Source: Catajapyx aquilonaris (Eukaryota). Taken from it: a stretch of 64,000 nucleotides of DNA. The translations under genes were made by a program, and so were the position numbers. The stretch's first letter is position 1, and each line of letters opens with the position of its first letter. Below the pieces are notes generated by a model that saw nothing but the letters and a program-made list of their open reading frames with translations, was not told where the DNA came from and ran no database searches. The stretch is from positions 1 through 64,000 of the forward strand of contig KZ538244.1 of NCBI GenBank assembly GCA_000934665.2, given 5' to 3'. Below, piece by piece: positions 12,217-26,134 of this stretch.

Positions 12217-15200
12217 TTAAGGAACAGCCTTACGAACACAAACTAATGGAAAAATCTCCGATTATATAAATATAATATAATATACCGTACCTAATACATA
12301 ATAAGAGAATTTTCTTACATTTTAGCCATAGTCTATACAACAGACCTTGCGGCCTCTTCTTATTTGCCTCTTTGCCAGTTCGGTTATATAGCTAGATTTT
12401 TAGATTGGGGGAGAGAAAGATGCATCTTAAATCATAATATACTGTAACCTACTCGAGAAATGATTCGCGTTTGTACAAGCAATTTCTGCCAACCTTCCTA
12501 GAAGATCATTATGTCTCAACTCAACTGGGATTGAAAAACCTTTCACGCACTATGACAGGTATCCGTACAGTATAGTTGCACTTACTTGCCTGCATACCTC
12601 CAAAATGCTAAATTTAATTTTAATCTCGAGCTTCTGGGTGAGTAAATTACAGTACATCATCTTATGCGTCACCTTTCTCGACAATGTACAATATTCTCAG
12701 CCCTTACAGTATGATGCAAAACGAATACCAGATGAATCGAGCTAATTGCCACTTAGTTAGCCAGAATGGCATCATCCCCGAGGCATTGTAGCATTCAAGC
12801 TTTATAGCACCGTACAAGGACACGGGGCCTGGGAAGCATTTCGCGGCAGTAAATCTGGCGATCTAATCCCAGTACGTGTCAGGGCCGGTCTTCTCAACGA
12901 CAACGTTTGCAGTTTTCTCCAAAACCTCTAAAAGTGCCACCTCTACACCCAACCCTCTCCAAACACCCTTTTTTTGTGTGAAAGAGCCCAGAATATTTTT
13001 ATATTTGCTGCCAGGCGGGGAAGCCAGAGTAGTGTAGGTGAAGAAATGGCGGGGCTTGTGAAAATGGAGTATATAAGAGGAGGATCCCTGAAGCCTTTCC
13101 ATTCGCATTTATATAGGTCCGCCGGTCGAGAGGGAATAAAGTGCGGTTGTTGCTTCCTAGGATTACCCGCATTTCCTCCGTCCGAACCGCTCTTTATTTC
13201 CTGGCCCCACGGAAAAACCTACCAAAAAATCACCGCCTTTTTACTATCCCCTGCCTCGCAAATTCCATGCGTCGCTCAAAGCCTTGCTATCCTACTCAGT
13301 ACTTGTCACGCAAAAAGAGTGCTCTTTTCGACAAATGTTTCACTCATTCGCACTCGCACCAACGAATATGTATATACAAGCTGTAAACAGGGCTGTTCTA
13401 CCCGTTACTACCTGTAAAAGTTGAGGGGGTTTTACGAGGGCTCTTACAGACTATGGATATTTCGTCACTACGTATACTTTTTTTTGTGCTGCAGTAATTA
13501 CAGGGCAATCGGATTTTATAAGGGTTACAGCCACATAGTAGGACGGCACTGTTTTAAAGTGTGCAAAACTGATTACACTGTGGTGCGACACAGTGTAGGA
13601 TAACATCTACCACAGATGGAATCGATGACGCACTGAATTTAAATGCGCAGCCATTTTGCGAAATACTTGGGAAATTCCGCTGCACTTAATTCGCGCCATA
13701 TGACTGTATTCCCTCCATAAACTTCCAAACCATGCATGTACTCCACAAGTAAAGTCAAGCTTGTGACCATTCCCAGCCTGCACCGGAGACAGGGACGTAA
13801 CTCGTAAAGTTTATTACGGTATTGCCTCACGAAACATGCTATTTTTTTGTGGAAAACACACACCCAAGTCCACCTACATAAATTAACAGCTACACGACAA
13901 CATAGACATTGCACGATGCGCCAATCAACAGCTTTAAACGCCTGAAAATCTTCATTGCAAAATTTGCAACACCCGTCATTTCTGACGACACGTCCCTTTA
14001 AATGCGACTGTTAAACTTTAGTAATTTTTCCATGAACCGAGCTTACAGGCCTATCATAATGTGCATTGTCAGGAAAGTTATAATAATGCTTAATTCACTT
14101 GATCTGAGGTTGTAATCGCTCAAAGTTTGTTCAGCAAAATTGATTTTATTTCTTGCACAGCAAATATAGCGTCACTGCTCCCCAGGAAATTGAGAGCGCA
14201 GTGAAGTTGACGTTAATTAGTGAATCTGCATAATCTCGTTTTCAGTAGACGCTTAATTTTCTCATCAAGATTAGAGCCATCGAGTCGATTAAACTTCTTT
14301 TGTAGCCTGGCATGCTATTGCAAATGTATTCAGATGTCACTGTACGAATTATTATGCTGCATTCAATCAAGGATAAGTAAGATGACATGAACACAGTGAA
14401 ATAAAGGGAGGGTAATTTTGTACGCTATTTAGGCTCGACTTTAATTGAAACTAATATTAGAAATATGTTTCTGTACAATTACATTGTTAGCAATGTCCTG
14501 TTGAATAAGAATGAGTCTGTATACTGGTTTTAGTGAATTGCGCATACCACAACGTGTTGCTATTTCTGTAACTGAAGAGCAGTCCCAGCAATGTGTTTTC
14601 ATGTGATGGCGGTATATACGAATAAAAATAGTACCGCGCGTTCATAAATACGTCCTAAAATTGCATAATTATCGTCACCGCAATGCAGGCCTGGATGTGG
14701 GCTGTGTTCGGAAGCTGGGACAATAGTTTTGGAAAGGTCAGGACGTCAAGAGCCGGGAGCAGCAACGTAATTTATGGATGGTGTCTTAGCAGAACGTGAA
14801 ATGGAGAAAGGAACGAGGGACCTCATCAGCACAACAGTGGAAGCTGCTTTTCGGCTCGACTGTGCCTTGCTGAGCCTGCAATTCCACCAAGATCCCTCCG
14901 TTCTCCCTGGGTTGCTATAGGTCGGAGCAGTAGACTATCAAGCTACGTAGTTGGGCCACTAGTTGGTACATAGCAAGCTGCAAAGGCAAGGCAGCAGGCA
15001 AGCAAGCAAGCAGAGGTCCCCGGAGATGGCGCTGGGCAAGGGGCCAAGAAGACTCGCTTCATGGACGCTGCTCTTTACATCAGCCTGGGTTTCCCCGCCT
15101 TTCGTCTTCTCGCTCCACTCGCTTCTTTGTCTTTGGGGAGCCCTACTCTACGTCGGAAGCAACTTCCTGGCACAGATTCGCCTGCAGCTGATGGCTCCGA

Positions 15201-15588
15201 CCTCGGCGATTTTTTGAAGCGCCTCCGCATGCTATTGGATGGAGCCAAGGACATCACAGGTGACACATGGTCTCAGACTTGAACTAATTTCCATTAGAAA
15301 ACAGGTGAGAAGTGTTCGCACACACTAGCACTTGGCGTCCCCCACTTCATTCTGTGGGATGTAGTGCAAGAGGGGGGTCAGTGGGTGGGTGGGATGTTAG
15401 CTGTGGGTCTGAGAGATGAGGCAATTTCTGGGCCTGGTCTGGGCGGATCCGAGGTGCTCAGGGGGGCTTTCTCCGGAGTGGCGGCCTGGGACTGATTTGC
15501 TGCGGCGCCTCATTCCGCCAGGGGAACTCCTCGGGGGGCTCTGCTCCATCATCTCACACAAGGCTACATGGGATGAGTGGCCAACTCG

Positions 15589-15591
<3 letters not shown>

Positions 15592-15620
<29 letters not shown>
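15592..15620. repeat. (GA)n microsatellite
   Basis: Directly visible. Confidence 0.95.
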
Positions 15621-15623
<3 letters not shown>

Positions 15624-18600
15624 TCTTCCTACCCACCCCACAGCTTTCTTCCCCTTGAACCACTTGCTTCTTATTACCCTCACGCCGGCTATCAATATAA
15701 CGCAGGCACCCGGAGCCACTCTCATCAAAATCAAACGCGTCTAGTCACGAACACGTGTCCACGTCCAGCACTAGATGGAAATGATGAGTCGTGTCAAGTT
15801 GATATTTAAGGAGAGAAGGAGGGCTGCCTAGGCGAGCCCATAAGAAGCTCCATTTGGAGTAGAAAAGGGGCTCATCAACTCATTTTGCGCCTGGGTTTAC
15901 CTCCATCCGCTGACATTGACGAGGCGAAATTGCAATTCCAAGCAGGCGCCGGGCTCCATGCAAAGACGTTTTGGGCGCCTTTGGCTTGCTGGCTGATGCT
16001 GCTGCAAGGGAAAGAGCCGCCGACGGAGATGGGGGAAGGAGGGGGAAAAGGGAGGAAACCTGTTGCCTTCTGCTACTGCAACCTCCACTCTCCTGATATT
16101 GATCTTACTCATCACAATTCGGAGGGATCCAAGAATGACCCTTGTCCTAATCCTCCCTATGACCAGGTCACTCTCCTTTCAAGTACTCTGAGGCACAAAG
16201 TATGCTGTTCCCAAAAGGCAAATCTGATCACCTCCATTTGGCCTCAACAAGAAATCGACTCTGTTGTCGGATGAGGAGGCTTTAAAAAAGAGATGGCAAG
16301 AAGTTTCCGCCGCCATTACGACTGCACATTAGGGCCTAATCAAGTCACATTCGATAATGACGCTTGAGGCCAACAAATTGCCATAATTTAAAGGCCATCA
16401 TTTTAGGTCGAGAGTTGAGAGAGGAGGAGCTGCAGCCTTCTTTAACGACGTTATTACTGTCGGATTAACCGATATATCGAACAGGAGACTTTCATTACAA
16501 CTGGATCCCCTGCTCCCCATCACTATATATACCCCCTTTCCCCTCCACTTCCAACCTCTTTCCCCTTTCTTTGTTGGCCTTTCCGTAACTCAGAGCACAA
16601 ATCTCCAAACCCCCGATTCCTTTCGGGCCGCGGCATATCCCTCCTGCCATAGAGAAAGTACATAAAGAAAACTGCTGAGACCGATCTCTCTGCTGTGTGC
16701 AACAATCCTTGGATTATATCCCATCCTTGTCGTCTGGACGAATCATCAACTTTTGAAATAGGTTCCTGAGCCTAATTAGATCTGCCGTATGTACTGTCTC
16801 TGCCAGATTGACTAGATAGTGCGCGCCCTTAAATCGAAATGTGCAGTAGTATAGAGTTGATGTAGGAAACTACCAAGGCACGAAAATTGCTCGGCTTAGT
16901 CATAAAACATATATATTCTGAACAGCAATATGCAATTATTTTTGCCAATAATTCAATACGGTACCGGCCTGCCTGGAATGATGTGCATTATTTTTTGACC
17001 CCTACGCTGTAGTTGCTGGGAACGAGCATGTGCACTGTGCGGGACTAGGACATTATCTTCTAATAATTCAAAGCGTATTATACTAAAAATGCATGGTCTA
17101 TCTCATCCACGAACGTGTTTCGTGCCTTATTGCTTTTGTTCTTTAGCATGATGTGGTTTCGTCCCATTTTCTGAGGCATATAATAATGGCTACATTTTTG
17201 TGCATTACTTGCAACTTTACTAAATATTTAGTTAAACATTTAACAGTTGCTCACTTTTATCAGAAGAAACAGCTTTGTGCAATGCCTGTATATCGCAGAA
17301 CGTGTGATGCAGACACGTAGATTAGTTTGTCGCTTAAAACACGCCAATCCATCGCATACACAGCATCAGTTTTCATCCTTTTTTTTCGACAACACCCGGC
17401 ACACTGTTCAATGCATAAAACCCTGGCTTACCAAAGCTGCTTTTGAAATCTCTTTGTCAGCAAAAATTCATTCATCAGAACAAATTGACTGCAAGTGGCG
17501 ATGCAAGTGAAATGTCGGGGCACAACACGCCCCGCATTTGTTGAGACACACACAGGCTCGAACCCCAATCATGCCAAACGCGGCTCGCAATATCTCCAAA
17601 TCATTACAATCAAGTCACTAATAAATGAAACGTCAATAGGCAGGCAAAAATCAGGAGACGACATAGAAAAAAAAAATTAGATGAGATGAACAATGCTTTG
17701 GTGCAAAGGGGGCCAAAAACGTGGTCCCCATACAGTGGGAGGTACGGTGTGTTTGAAGGGGGGGTAGGGAAGGGAGGGTAGAATCTCCTCCCCCATTAGA
17801 AAGTCGGCTCTTGAATTTGATCTGTGGAGGGAAAAGGCCGGGCGACGTGCACTTCTGCTCGGCTGATTGGAAAGCCGCCAGGTTCTGCCACGGCAGCCTC
17901 AACCTTTCGTGTCGCATATTGATTCAGCCTGCATTGCGGGATGGAGGTAAAGGGGAGGGGAGGGGAGGAGGAACAGGGGGAGGGAGCAGCAAAAAGGGGG
18001 TGGCCACCACCAACACACGGCCATTTCTGGTCCAACAGACCAAAGTTGCGGCCTAGATTCTATCTCCTTTTTTTTCTTCAACTCCTCGCTTTCTTCCTGT
18101 TCTTCTCATCCACCAAGACCATTTCACTTTTCTCCAGAATTGAAAATGTCCTGCTAGCACCGCTACAAGTCAAGTTTCTTCCGCAGATGGAAACAACCCC
18201 GGTCATCCCCTTCAATTTATACAAAAACAAAGCAGCAACTCCGCCGCCTTTGTGTCGTCTTCTAACGAATGCATTTTCCTTTTATGGCAGCCCAAATGTG
18301 CAGAGAATTCAATTCTCATTGCCATGAATCATACTGAGGCCCATCAAAAGAAATTACAGTTTCCCAAGGAGAACACCCTCCAACAAGTAAAATGCATTCT
18401 ATTGTAAGTAGGGTTGTTTCAAAGCTTGGAAAATGGTTTGTATACGGACAATGAGATAATGCATTTTCGCTTCCGGATTAAAGGCCGGATCCAGTGCAGC
18501 ATCAGCATATTTTCCCTGGTGGCTGAGGCCAAAGGGCACTGCCGCACACACACACTCACCACTCTCCCGATGACATATTCACGTGATTCGCCTGTAACGG

Positions 18601-19379
18601 GGAACGCGACCTGTAATTCACTTTGCGTGCTGCACAATTACAGAATGATTACGTACCAGCTCCAAAACTATGGATTCGGATGCAGTGTACATGTGCCAGA
18701 GGACCGTGGAAATGGTTCAAGACGGAAGAGTTACGCACGCAAAATGTAACCCTGCATATAGTGATTAAATTGCCACGGCTATAAAACGCGCCCTTTTCCA
18801 CCAGAATATTAGTTACATGAAGAGAGCCCGATTTTTGTTGTCAAGCTGTTACCTATACCTGCAAGGACCGCAGTAGTCTGATCCATTGCGACAGAATGCG
18901 CTGTAAGCTGTATAAAAAAAATCTGCCAAACAGATACATTTGCATGCATTCGTGACATTCACATTACCCTACCTGTCACAATACAGTGTAGGCCGGAGAA
19001 AGGATAGGCGCTACCTAATTAAATACTTTGAAACGCAAGAGAATGACGTACATGAAAGCATTGCACGTGATTAAATTTTTGTAGAGTATGGGAGAGTGGT
19101 TCACGTGACTCGGCGGTTAAAATTGCGTGGAAAAAATGCCAATAGTTTGCAAAGTGCAGAGAGGCAGGGATAGGGGCAATTCATGAGGATGGAACGGAAG
19201 TGAGAGAGAGAAGAGGGGAGAGGGGGAAGGACTGAGAGATTGCCATCCGCAAACAAAGGTGGAGGAAGACACGGGGGGGAGCCACTCTGTTGGCGTTGAG
19301 ATCAGCATGCGGCTTTATCAGTTTACTTTGTCGCCATTTGGAATTCCGGCTTGAGCGGGCTTATGTGGGCAGCAGGCAT

Positions 19380-19410
19380 GGAGGAGGAGGAGGAGGAGGA
19401 GGAGGAGGAG
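19380..19410. repeat. (GGA)n microsatellite
   Basis: About 10 perfect units. Confidence 0.95.
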
Positions 19411-21672
19411 TAGGAAGCAGGAATCGATGCAGCACAAACCCAACTTCTTCTCCTGGGGCTAAACGACTGCGCTGCCATCGATTCTTCACAACATACCATC
19501 TAGCCAGCACTTCTTCCATTTTTACACTTGGATAAATCACGCGCACTAGTTGTTTTCTGCCCACTCAAACTGAAACCAATCGCTGAATTGCGGCTGAATC
19601 GACACGAGTAAGGCGATTTTCAGACAACTCGACTGCACACATTGTGTTGTCGATCTTATTTAAGCTCGTACATTTAATATATCAAAGACAGCGTGTAGTT
19701 TAGCATATTTAAACATCAATTAAACCAGAAGTTTTGTTTCACAGAGAAGGCGTTTCTTCATAAAAGAGGTAGAAAGCGGTAGAGTTGTACAAGGCTCACG
19801 TCAGATACTAAATGTAGGTTTAAAATACACCAAATTCAATGACACAGCTCATTTGGTTTCATCGAGTGCACAATTAACATTGTAACGCGAATACACATGC
19901 TGATTCATAACCTGGCGTCAAGTACGGAATCAGTTACAGTATAATTATGCCGACTGAAACCTACCACTTCAAAATCTCTAGTGTTTTGGACCTCCAATAA
20001 AAATTTAATTTGCCATACAGTTTGTACGCTTGTTCTCAATGTTACTCACATTGACTATTTTCCTATTGCAAAGTTATATAGTAGTTGATACTAACGAGTC
20101 ACTAACATAGTCATTTACAAATCTTTCTCTGTGGTTACTCGTTTTGTCAGTAATTATCAGGTTGCTAACTTTAGTAACAGTATGAAAATCAGATCTCTCA
20201 GTGTGAAAAAGCACTGCTTAATTATTCGTAAACAGAAAGTATTGTGTAGTACAATATTAAAAATATTACGCTGATTAACTCACCGTTTGAGCTCCTCCTG
20301 TTGACGCAAAATGTTGACAAGGCAATGCCCTCCATCGGGTAAATAAATAAACGAAGATGCTAAGGCGATAAACCGGCGACGTTTGATCGGAGCAAGTGTA
20401 GATAGAGGCGTATCTCCCCCGGCATGTTTGTCGTGACGATAATTGGTGGCGGGGATGTATTGCGAGGGAAGTGAATGTTTGGGCTGGCCACTTAGCCGAG
20501 CCCAAAATCCGGGTCCCAAGTGGACCGCCAAAGACGCGGAGCAGCTGCCTAATTGCCCCCCATCCCCTTAAGCAGCAGCCACCTGCACTTGCATCTGGGA
20601 TCGACCATAATTCCATCCAAGTGGCCCTCGGATGCGCCCTGTTTACGCCCAAGAGTGCAAAACTCCTTCCCCACTCGCCTAATGAGCTTCCCTAAGCCCA
20701 ATTACGGCCTACGCCTCTTAGTGTTTGCCGCACTTAACAAATTAACCCACAACCGCTAGGAGGTTCGGACACAAAAGGTGTATCTCTCAAACAAATTCTC
20801 TTACACCCGATCTTCTTGTTCTCCTTAACTTTTTGACGAAAGGAGCAATGATGCTGCTGGAGACGATCGTATCAGAAGAGACGCCTGATTGTTGCTCCTG
20901 ATTGTTATACTTCCAGTTGGACATGGCTGCTGTTGCATACTGCTCAGGATGAATAAGCAGTGATGAATGATACAATAGTTCTGTTGTTGCCATTTTTTAA
21001 AAGGAAGGATAATAGTAGTGAAGTCAAAAGTGATTGTTTGACCAATGATGCTTTCTTCCTCAGGTCATTTTGTTAATTGTTTTTAAAAAAACTCATCAGG
21101 CTCACTGCCCTAACTGACAATTGTGGTGAATTTTCTCCCTGCAGTATTTCCGGGCCTCAACTAGAGCCGAAATTTGTTTCTGGGCATATAGAAGCGGCGT
21201 AATAAATTTCCTTGTTTGCGTCATTCACGCGCAATTAACTCTACACACTCTTGGTGGCGCCCAGCACCACCACCTTGCATTAGAGATGATGAGTGCGCGC
21301 AACAGTTTTGTCATTTTTACATACTCTAAATGGAATTAATGGATGAAACCAACAAGCAATAAAAAGGGAATTGACGCTAATGAAAGATTTATCACCCGCC
21401 CCCGAGACACAGGAAGCACCAAAAACTTGCAGGCCCACATACCGTGCTGCTAATTTTCACCCATGGGGTCTCTCGCCCGGGCACAACTCGCGCACAGATT
21501 TTGCCTCATCTGGCCCTCAGATGCATTATCTATGGATGTGTGCTTTTATTTATTTATTCGCTGCTTCTGTTCATACGAATGAGGGAGCAGGAGGGAAAAC
21601 CCTGCAAAAGGTGAAGGAAATTGGGCCTATACCTTAATCACCATCATTATGTTAAATTCCTAAGTAGCAATC

Positions 21673-21723
<51 letters not shown>

Positions 21724-21764
21724 TTATTCTTATTCTTATTATTATTATTATTATTATTATTATT
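21673..21764. repeat. (TTA)n microsatellite with TTC interruptions
   Basis: Directly visible. Confidence 0.97.
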
Positions 21765-24700
21765 CCTGACATGTGACCCTCAGCCTGCTTTGAAGAGAGC
21801 ATGTAGCTTCTTATTGTAACCATTTGATAGTGCTCAGTAGATGTTTGGCATGAGGTTGCAATTGATTACACTGTGTCACATTTCCTGCAAAAACAAACAG
21901 TGGCGGTGCGGAGAAGCCTTGGGGGTAGACAATGAAATCCCTTTGCCGCTATTGTAGGGGATTAGCAAAGCTGCTTCATTGGGCTAAGTGGCGGATGAGG
22001 CGACCACTAGCGGCCAGGGCAAAAGCCTTGCACTGCTGTCTGCGACGTGCCAGAAATGCCAATAAGTCACGCCAACAGGGCCGACGCCTCCTGGATCCTT
22101 GGAACTCAGACGGATCTTGCCTGATGCTGCAGCCTGCAATAATTGCTCCAAAACCCACCCTAGTCAACTCCCAGTCCCGACCTGATTCACACAACAACAC
22201 GTGACTCATTCATCTGCTGTACGTGATGATAACCGATCGAAAGAGCTAACAAGAAGGTGGAGGAAACTTAACCAAAAGGTGCAGTTGCCGGCAATTAAGT
22301 CGAAAGGTTCCTTGCAGCATAAAACTTTGGATTAATATGCCTGTCGACAATTAATACCCCTTTGTTAACTGATGGGTTTTAAAGTGCGTGTACGCTCGCC
22401 TAGTCAAAAGACCCTGCCTAATTACTGTAATGCTGGTAAACTTCTTTTGCTGACGTTCCAAGGATAAAAAACTATAGACGGAGGAAACAGGGTGCGGCAG
22501 AGAGCTCAGCTCTTTTCTCCGAAAATTAAATTGAGAGTCATTAAGCCCTTCCTTTGGGTGGAATCACACGTGGTTGAAGGGCAGAGCATCCCAGATGAGG
22601 TTTTTGGCAAGAGGCGGAGACTAACACGTGGCAATCATCAGGAGGGTAAATTGCAGGGAAATCGGCTATAAATCAAGGAGGAAGTGACGTGGCCCCCTTT
22701 CCGTGGAGATAAACAGAGGGGGGCGTCCGTTGACAAAGAGTGAAGGGGGTTAAAGAGCAGGTAATTAACATTCCGTCGGGGTGATTAGGATAAGAGCGGC
22801 CTCGTTAAGACCGGGCCCAGGAGCAAGGTGGCAAATTGCCGAAGCGTCTCTTTGCTGCTCTTACTTGGATGAGAGGAAGAACCAACCTTGGAAGAAGAAG
22901 GAAGGAACTGAGTCTCAATTAGCAGAAGGGCAATAAAATCCTGTCAGCCAGTTGATACCCGGAATGAGAGTAAATAGCGTGATGGATGAGTAGGCCTAGC
23001 TCATATACAGGGGGGGTTGCTATGGGAGGTGGAGGAGAGGAACAAGCAGCAACATGCGCTGCATTCTTTCCTACTACTTCTTGGGCCAAACTTGCCGAAA
23101 GTTAGGGGGCGCAAATAATTTCATTCCCGCTACCAAGCAGCAGACTTAGGTCCTAAGACCCAGGAATGCCTAACTAGCTTTCTATATCATTTACAAAATG
23201 AGAGGCCGCGGGGAATTTGCCTAGGAATGCTTTGTTGGCAAGATTTGATGTCTGATTAGAAGACTCCAAACTTGGCGAATTATTCAGGGTGGGAATTGAA
23301 TGGCCGCTGGGCCAGAACAAAGCAAAGCTAATTGCTCATCCCCTACTCTCCTCCCAAACTCGCGCATATAACTGCAATTATGAATTATTCCACTTCTTCT
23401 GCCTCACCACCCATCCAAACTCCACCCTGCAGCACACAAACTGACAAAACCTCCCCCCTCCATGCAAAACTCCCTAACTCTATGGAAACAATGCTTCTTT
23501 CCGCAAGCTTTCCCATAAAGTCGCGAAACAATCGCGTGTCAACGTGATTTCAACTGTTACGCTGCAACAATGCAAGCGGATATATTTGTCACCGGCTCTG
23601 CGAATTCTGTCAGTTAACCCGCTGATTTTATCTCCAGCAAAACCTTCTCGATACGCTGGCGCTCCTCGAAAATGAAATTTCGAGCAAATGTATTGCGCGT
23701 CTTGATGAAACGACTTGTGGATGCAATGAAGCACTTCCTTAACTAGAGGTAAAGTGACGGAGAGATCCAGAGCGCCCATCCATCGACTAGATTAGAATAG
23801 CAGCTGTGAAATATGGCTCCAGTCCCTCGTAAAACAAGGGAGAACAAAGGGACAAAAGCTGCAAAGGTGAACGAGGAAGAGAGAGAAATGAGAACCGAGA
23901 CTAGGAGAGAGATAGAGACGTCTAGGCCAATTCCAAGGCAGTCAAAAAGTGCAAGGAAGATCCTTGGGAGTTGAAGATGATTAGCACTATTAAAGCATGG
24001 GTTTCATTGATCCCGGGAGAGCCCGCAGAAACCTTCTTTTCATCAAGTCAAATTGAGACGCGGATGATGTTGTTGTTAGCATTGCTTTTCGACTCCAAAG
24101 ACCTAGCAAGGCTGGAGGTCGCATTTGCCATTCTCTTTGCGCGGTTGCAGTGGGGCGTAACTAAAACTAGCGTCTTGATTTGCGGCAGTGAGGCCGCAGC
24201 TAAATTTTCATTAGGGGTTAGCCTCCCCTTTCCTCCCCATCCAATACGTATATAAGAAAGGCCTCTTGCGTGGCGGACGCGGCTTAGTTGCGCCCAAGAC
24301 GTACAGCCGGGGAATAATTATGAATACGCAGCGATACCTGCACTGCAGTTTGTTGCGGTGAGCGTCATTCACATACAGCAGGGTTTATTAATGGCCAGTT
24401 TTGGAGGAAACAAACGTCCTAATTTCCACCACAATGTTGGGGGATAGCCCTTTAGTCACTTTAATCGTCGGGAAAAGATAACGGCAGCATGAATGGACCC
24501 CCGGTTGTGCAATATTTAGTGGGCCTTTAAGCTACGGCGAACATACCGCATTAGGGTTGGAAAATCATACTCTTTATTTATGATACACGCAACTCGTTGT
24601 GGGCGTGACTTTTCTTATTATTGCGTTAAATTATACCCTTCAGGTGGTTAAGAAACATCCTATGCTATTAGGGGCATATACATGTTATCTCTTTTTATGT

Positions 24701-26061
24701 GCCTGCAACTGACGGTGTACCCTGGCCACATCCATCATTGGTTTGCTGCAGAGGCATTTGCAGCACTGGCTCACGTCTCTCCGCCACTGATATATGACAT
24801 CTCGGAAGGTGCTTCCCGTCCGATATGGTTGTTCTGATGACTCCCGACCCGCCTGTTTTCTTTCATTGCCAAGGCAAACACTCACTGGCAGACAAGCCGG
24901 ACCTGTCTGCACCACAAGCCAGTAACAACGTTCTGATCCCCCGTATTTTTTTACTGCCGCATTATTACGTACTCCATGTGGTGACCCTGCGGTGACCTGA
25001 TCTCGAGGAAGGAATTCGAGCAAATCCTGATATATGGACCCAGTGTGTGTCCGCTCACCTATAGGAGGCCACAATGCCTCCAGTTTGCGTTCATGGCGTG
25101 TAACATCTAATTGGAAGGCTGCCAATGCGGATATAGTCCCTGTGCTGCCGGCGCTACATCCCTTCCATTCAATGGCCATCACTACACGCTTCATTTCCGC
25201 TTCGAATTACATTCGGATCGCTCCAAAGGGAGGCCGCAGCCATTTATTTGCCGCCACCCCGCCACCCCTCTCCTGCCCCTCGAACTTTTGCTCCCCCCCT
25301 GCACCACCCTGATGCACCTATCTATCTACCTATCTATCTGCAGTGGACCAACAAAAAATGGACCCCAGGGGGACCTGGAGTGGCATCCACGCCCGGATAT
25401 CAACCAAGCCATGCGCTTGTTTCTTATGCAAATCAGGATTCATTTGATGAAAAGGACCAGAGTTTTCTGGACTGAATATATAAAAAAGAGATTGGGGGGG
25501 GGGGGGNGGGGGGGGGGGTACCGCCATTCATTTCACTTATAATAAGCCTAAATGTGATTGACGGCCAGCTTTGAAGGCACAGTAACCAATCATCTACCTA
25601 TAAATTAATCATTTTCTAACGCTAGACCACCCCCATATGACATTCTGACCTCAGTGGGTACCGGTACGTAATCCACTTCCCAACATTCCGCATATTTAGT
25701 GCAATCATGTATATTCATGCGGGACCTAAATAGGCCTACCAGCACAGAGGCAGTGGATGGAGCGTTTTTTTTATTATTTTCGGCAGTGGGACCCCTCCAA
25801 AAAAATGCGGTACATTATGAGCCGTGCAGAGTTTTCATTAATTTTACCACAGGAGCAAGTATGATATTGCAGCAGTAGTTGGGAGTGCCGCACTCCCAAC
25901 TCCAACATGTGGCACTGGCATGCTGCTCTGTATTGTACACTCCCTTCCAACATAAAAGAGGAAATCTTTGACAGGATGCGCTTGGCGGTGTACTTGCGAC
26001 GGACGAAACGAACGGCCAAAAAATACCACGTTATATAATTGCACGTAATATTCAAATTTCT

Positions 26062-26134
26062 GGCACAGTGATGTAGTGGTCTGAGCTACAGCCTTCCACC
26101 TCTAAGGTTCAGGGTTCGATCCTCGTATCGGACA
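26062..26134 (+). pseudogene. Degenerate tRNA-like sequence (tRNA pseudogene or head of a second SINE family)
   Basis: A-box-like TGATGTAGTGGT and B box GGTTCGATCC (26113-26122) at tRNA-like spacing. The acceptor and anticodon stems do not pair properly. Confidence 0.5.

Noticed and set aside
13385..13554. Imperfect inverted repeat AAACAGGGCTGTTCTA / TAGGACGGCACTGTTT suggesting a hAT-like MITE
   Set aside because: Only 13/16 match and no 8-bp TSD.
20787..20993. 68-aa minus-strand ORF with good AAAAATGG context and a possible GTAAGA donor
   Set aside because: No recognisable homology and no downstream exon identified; cannot be supported without RNA data.
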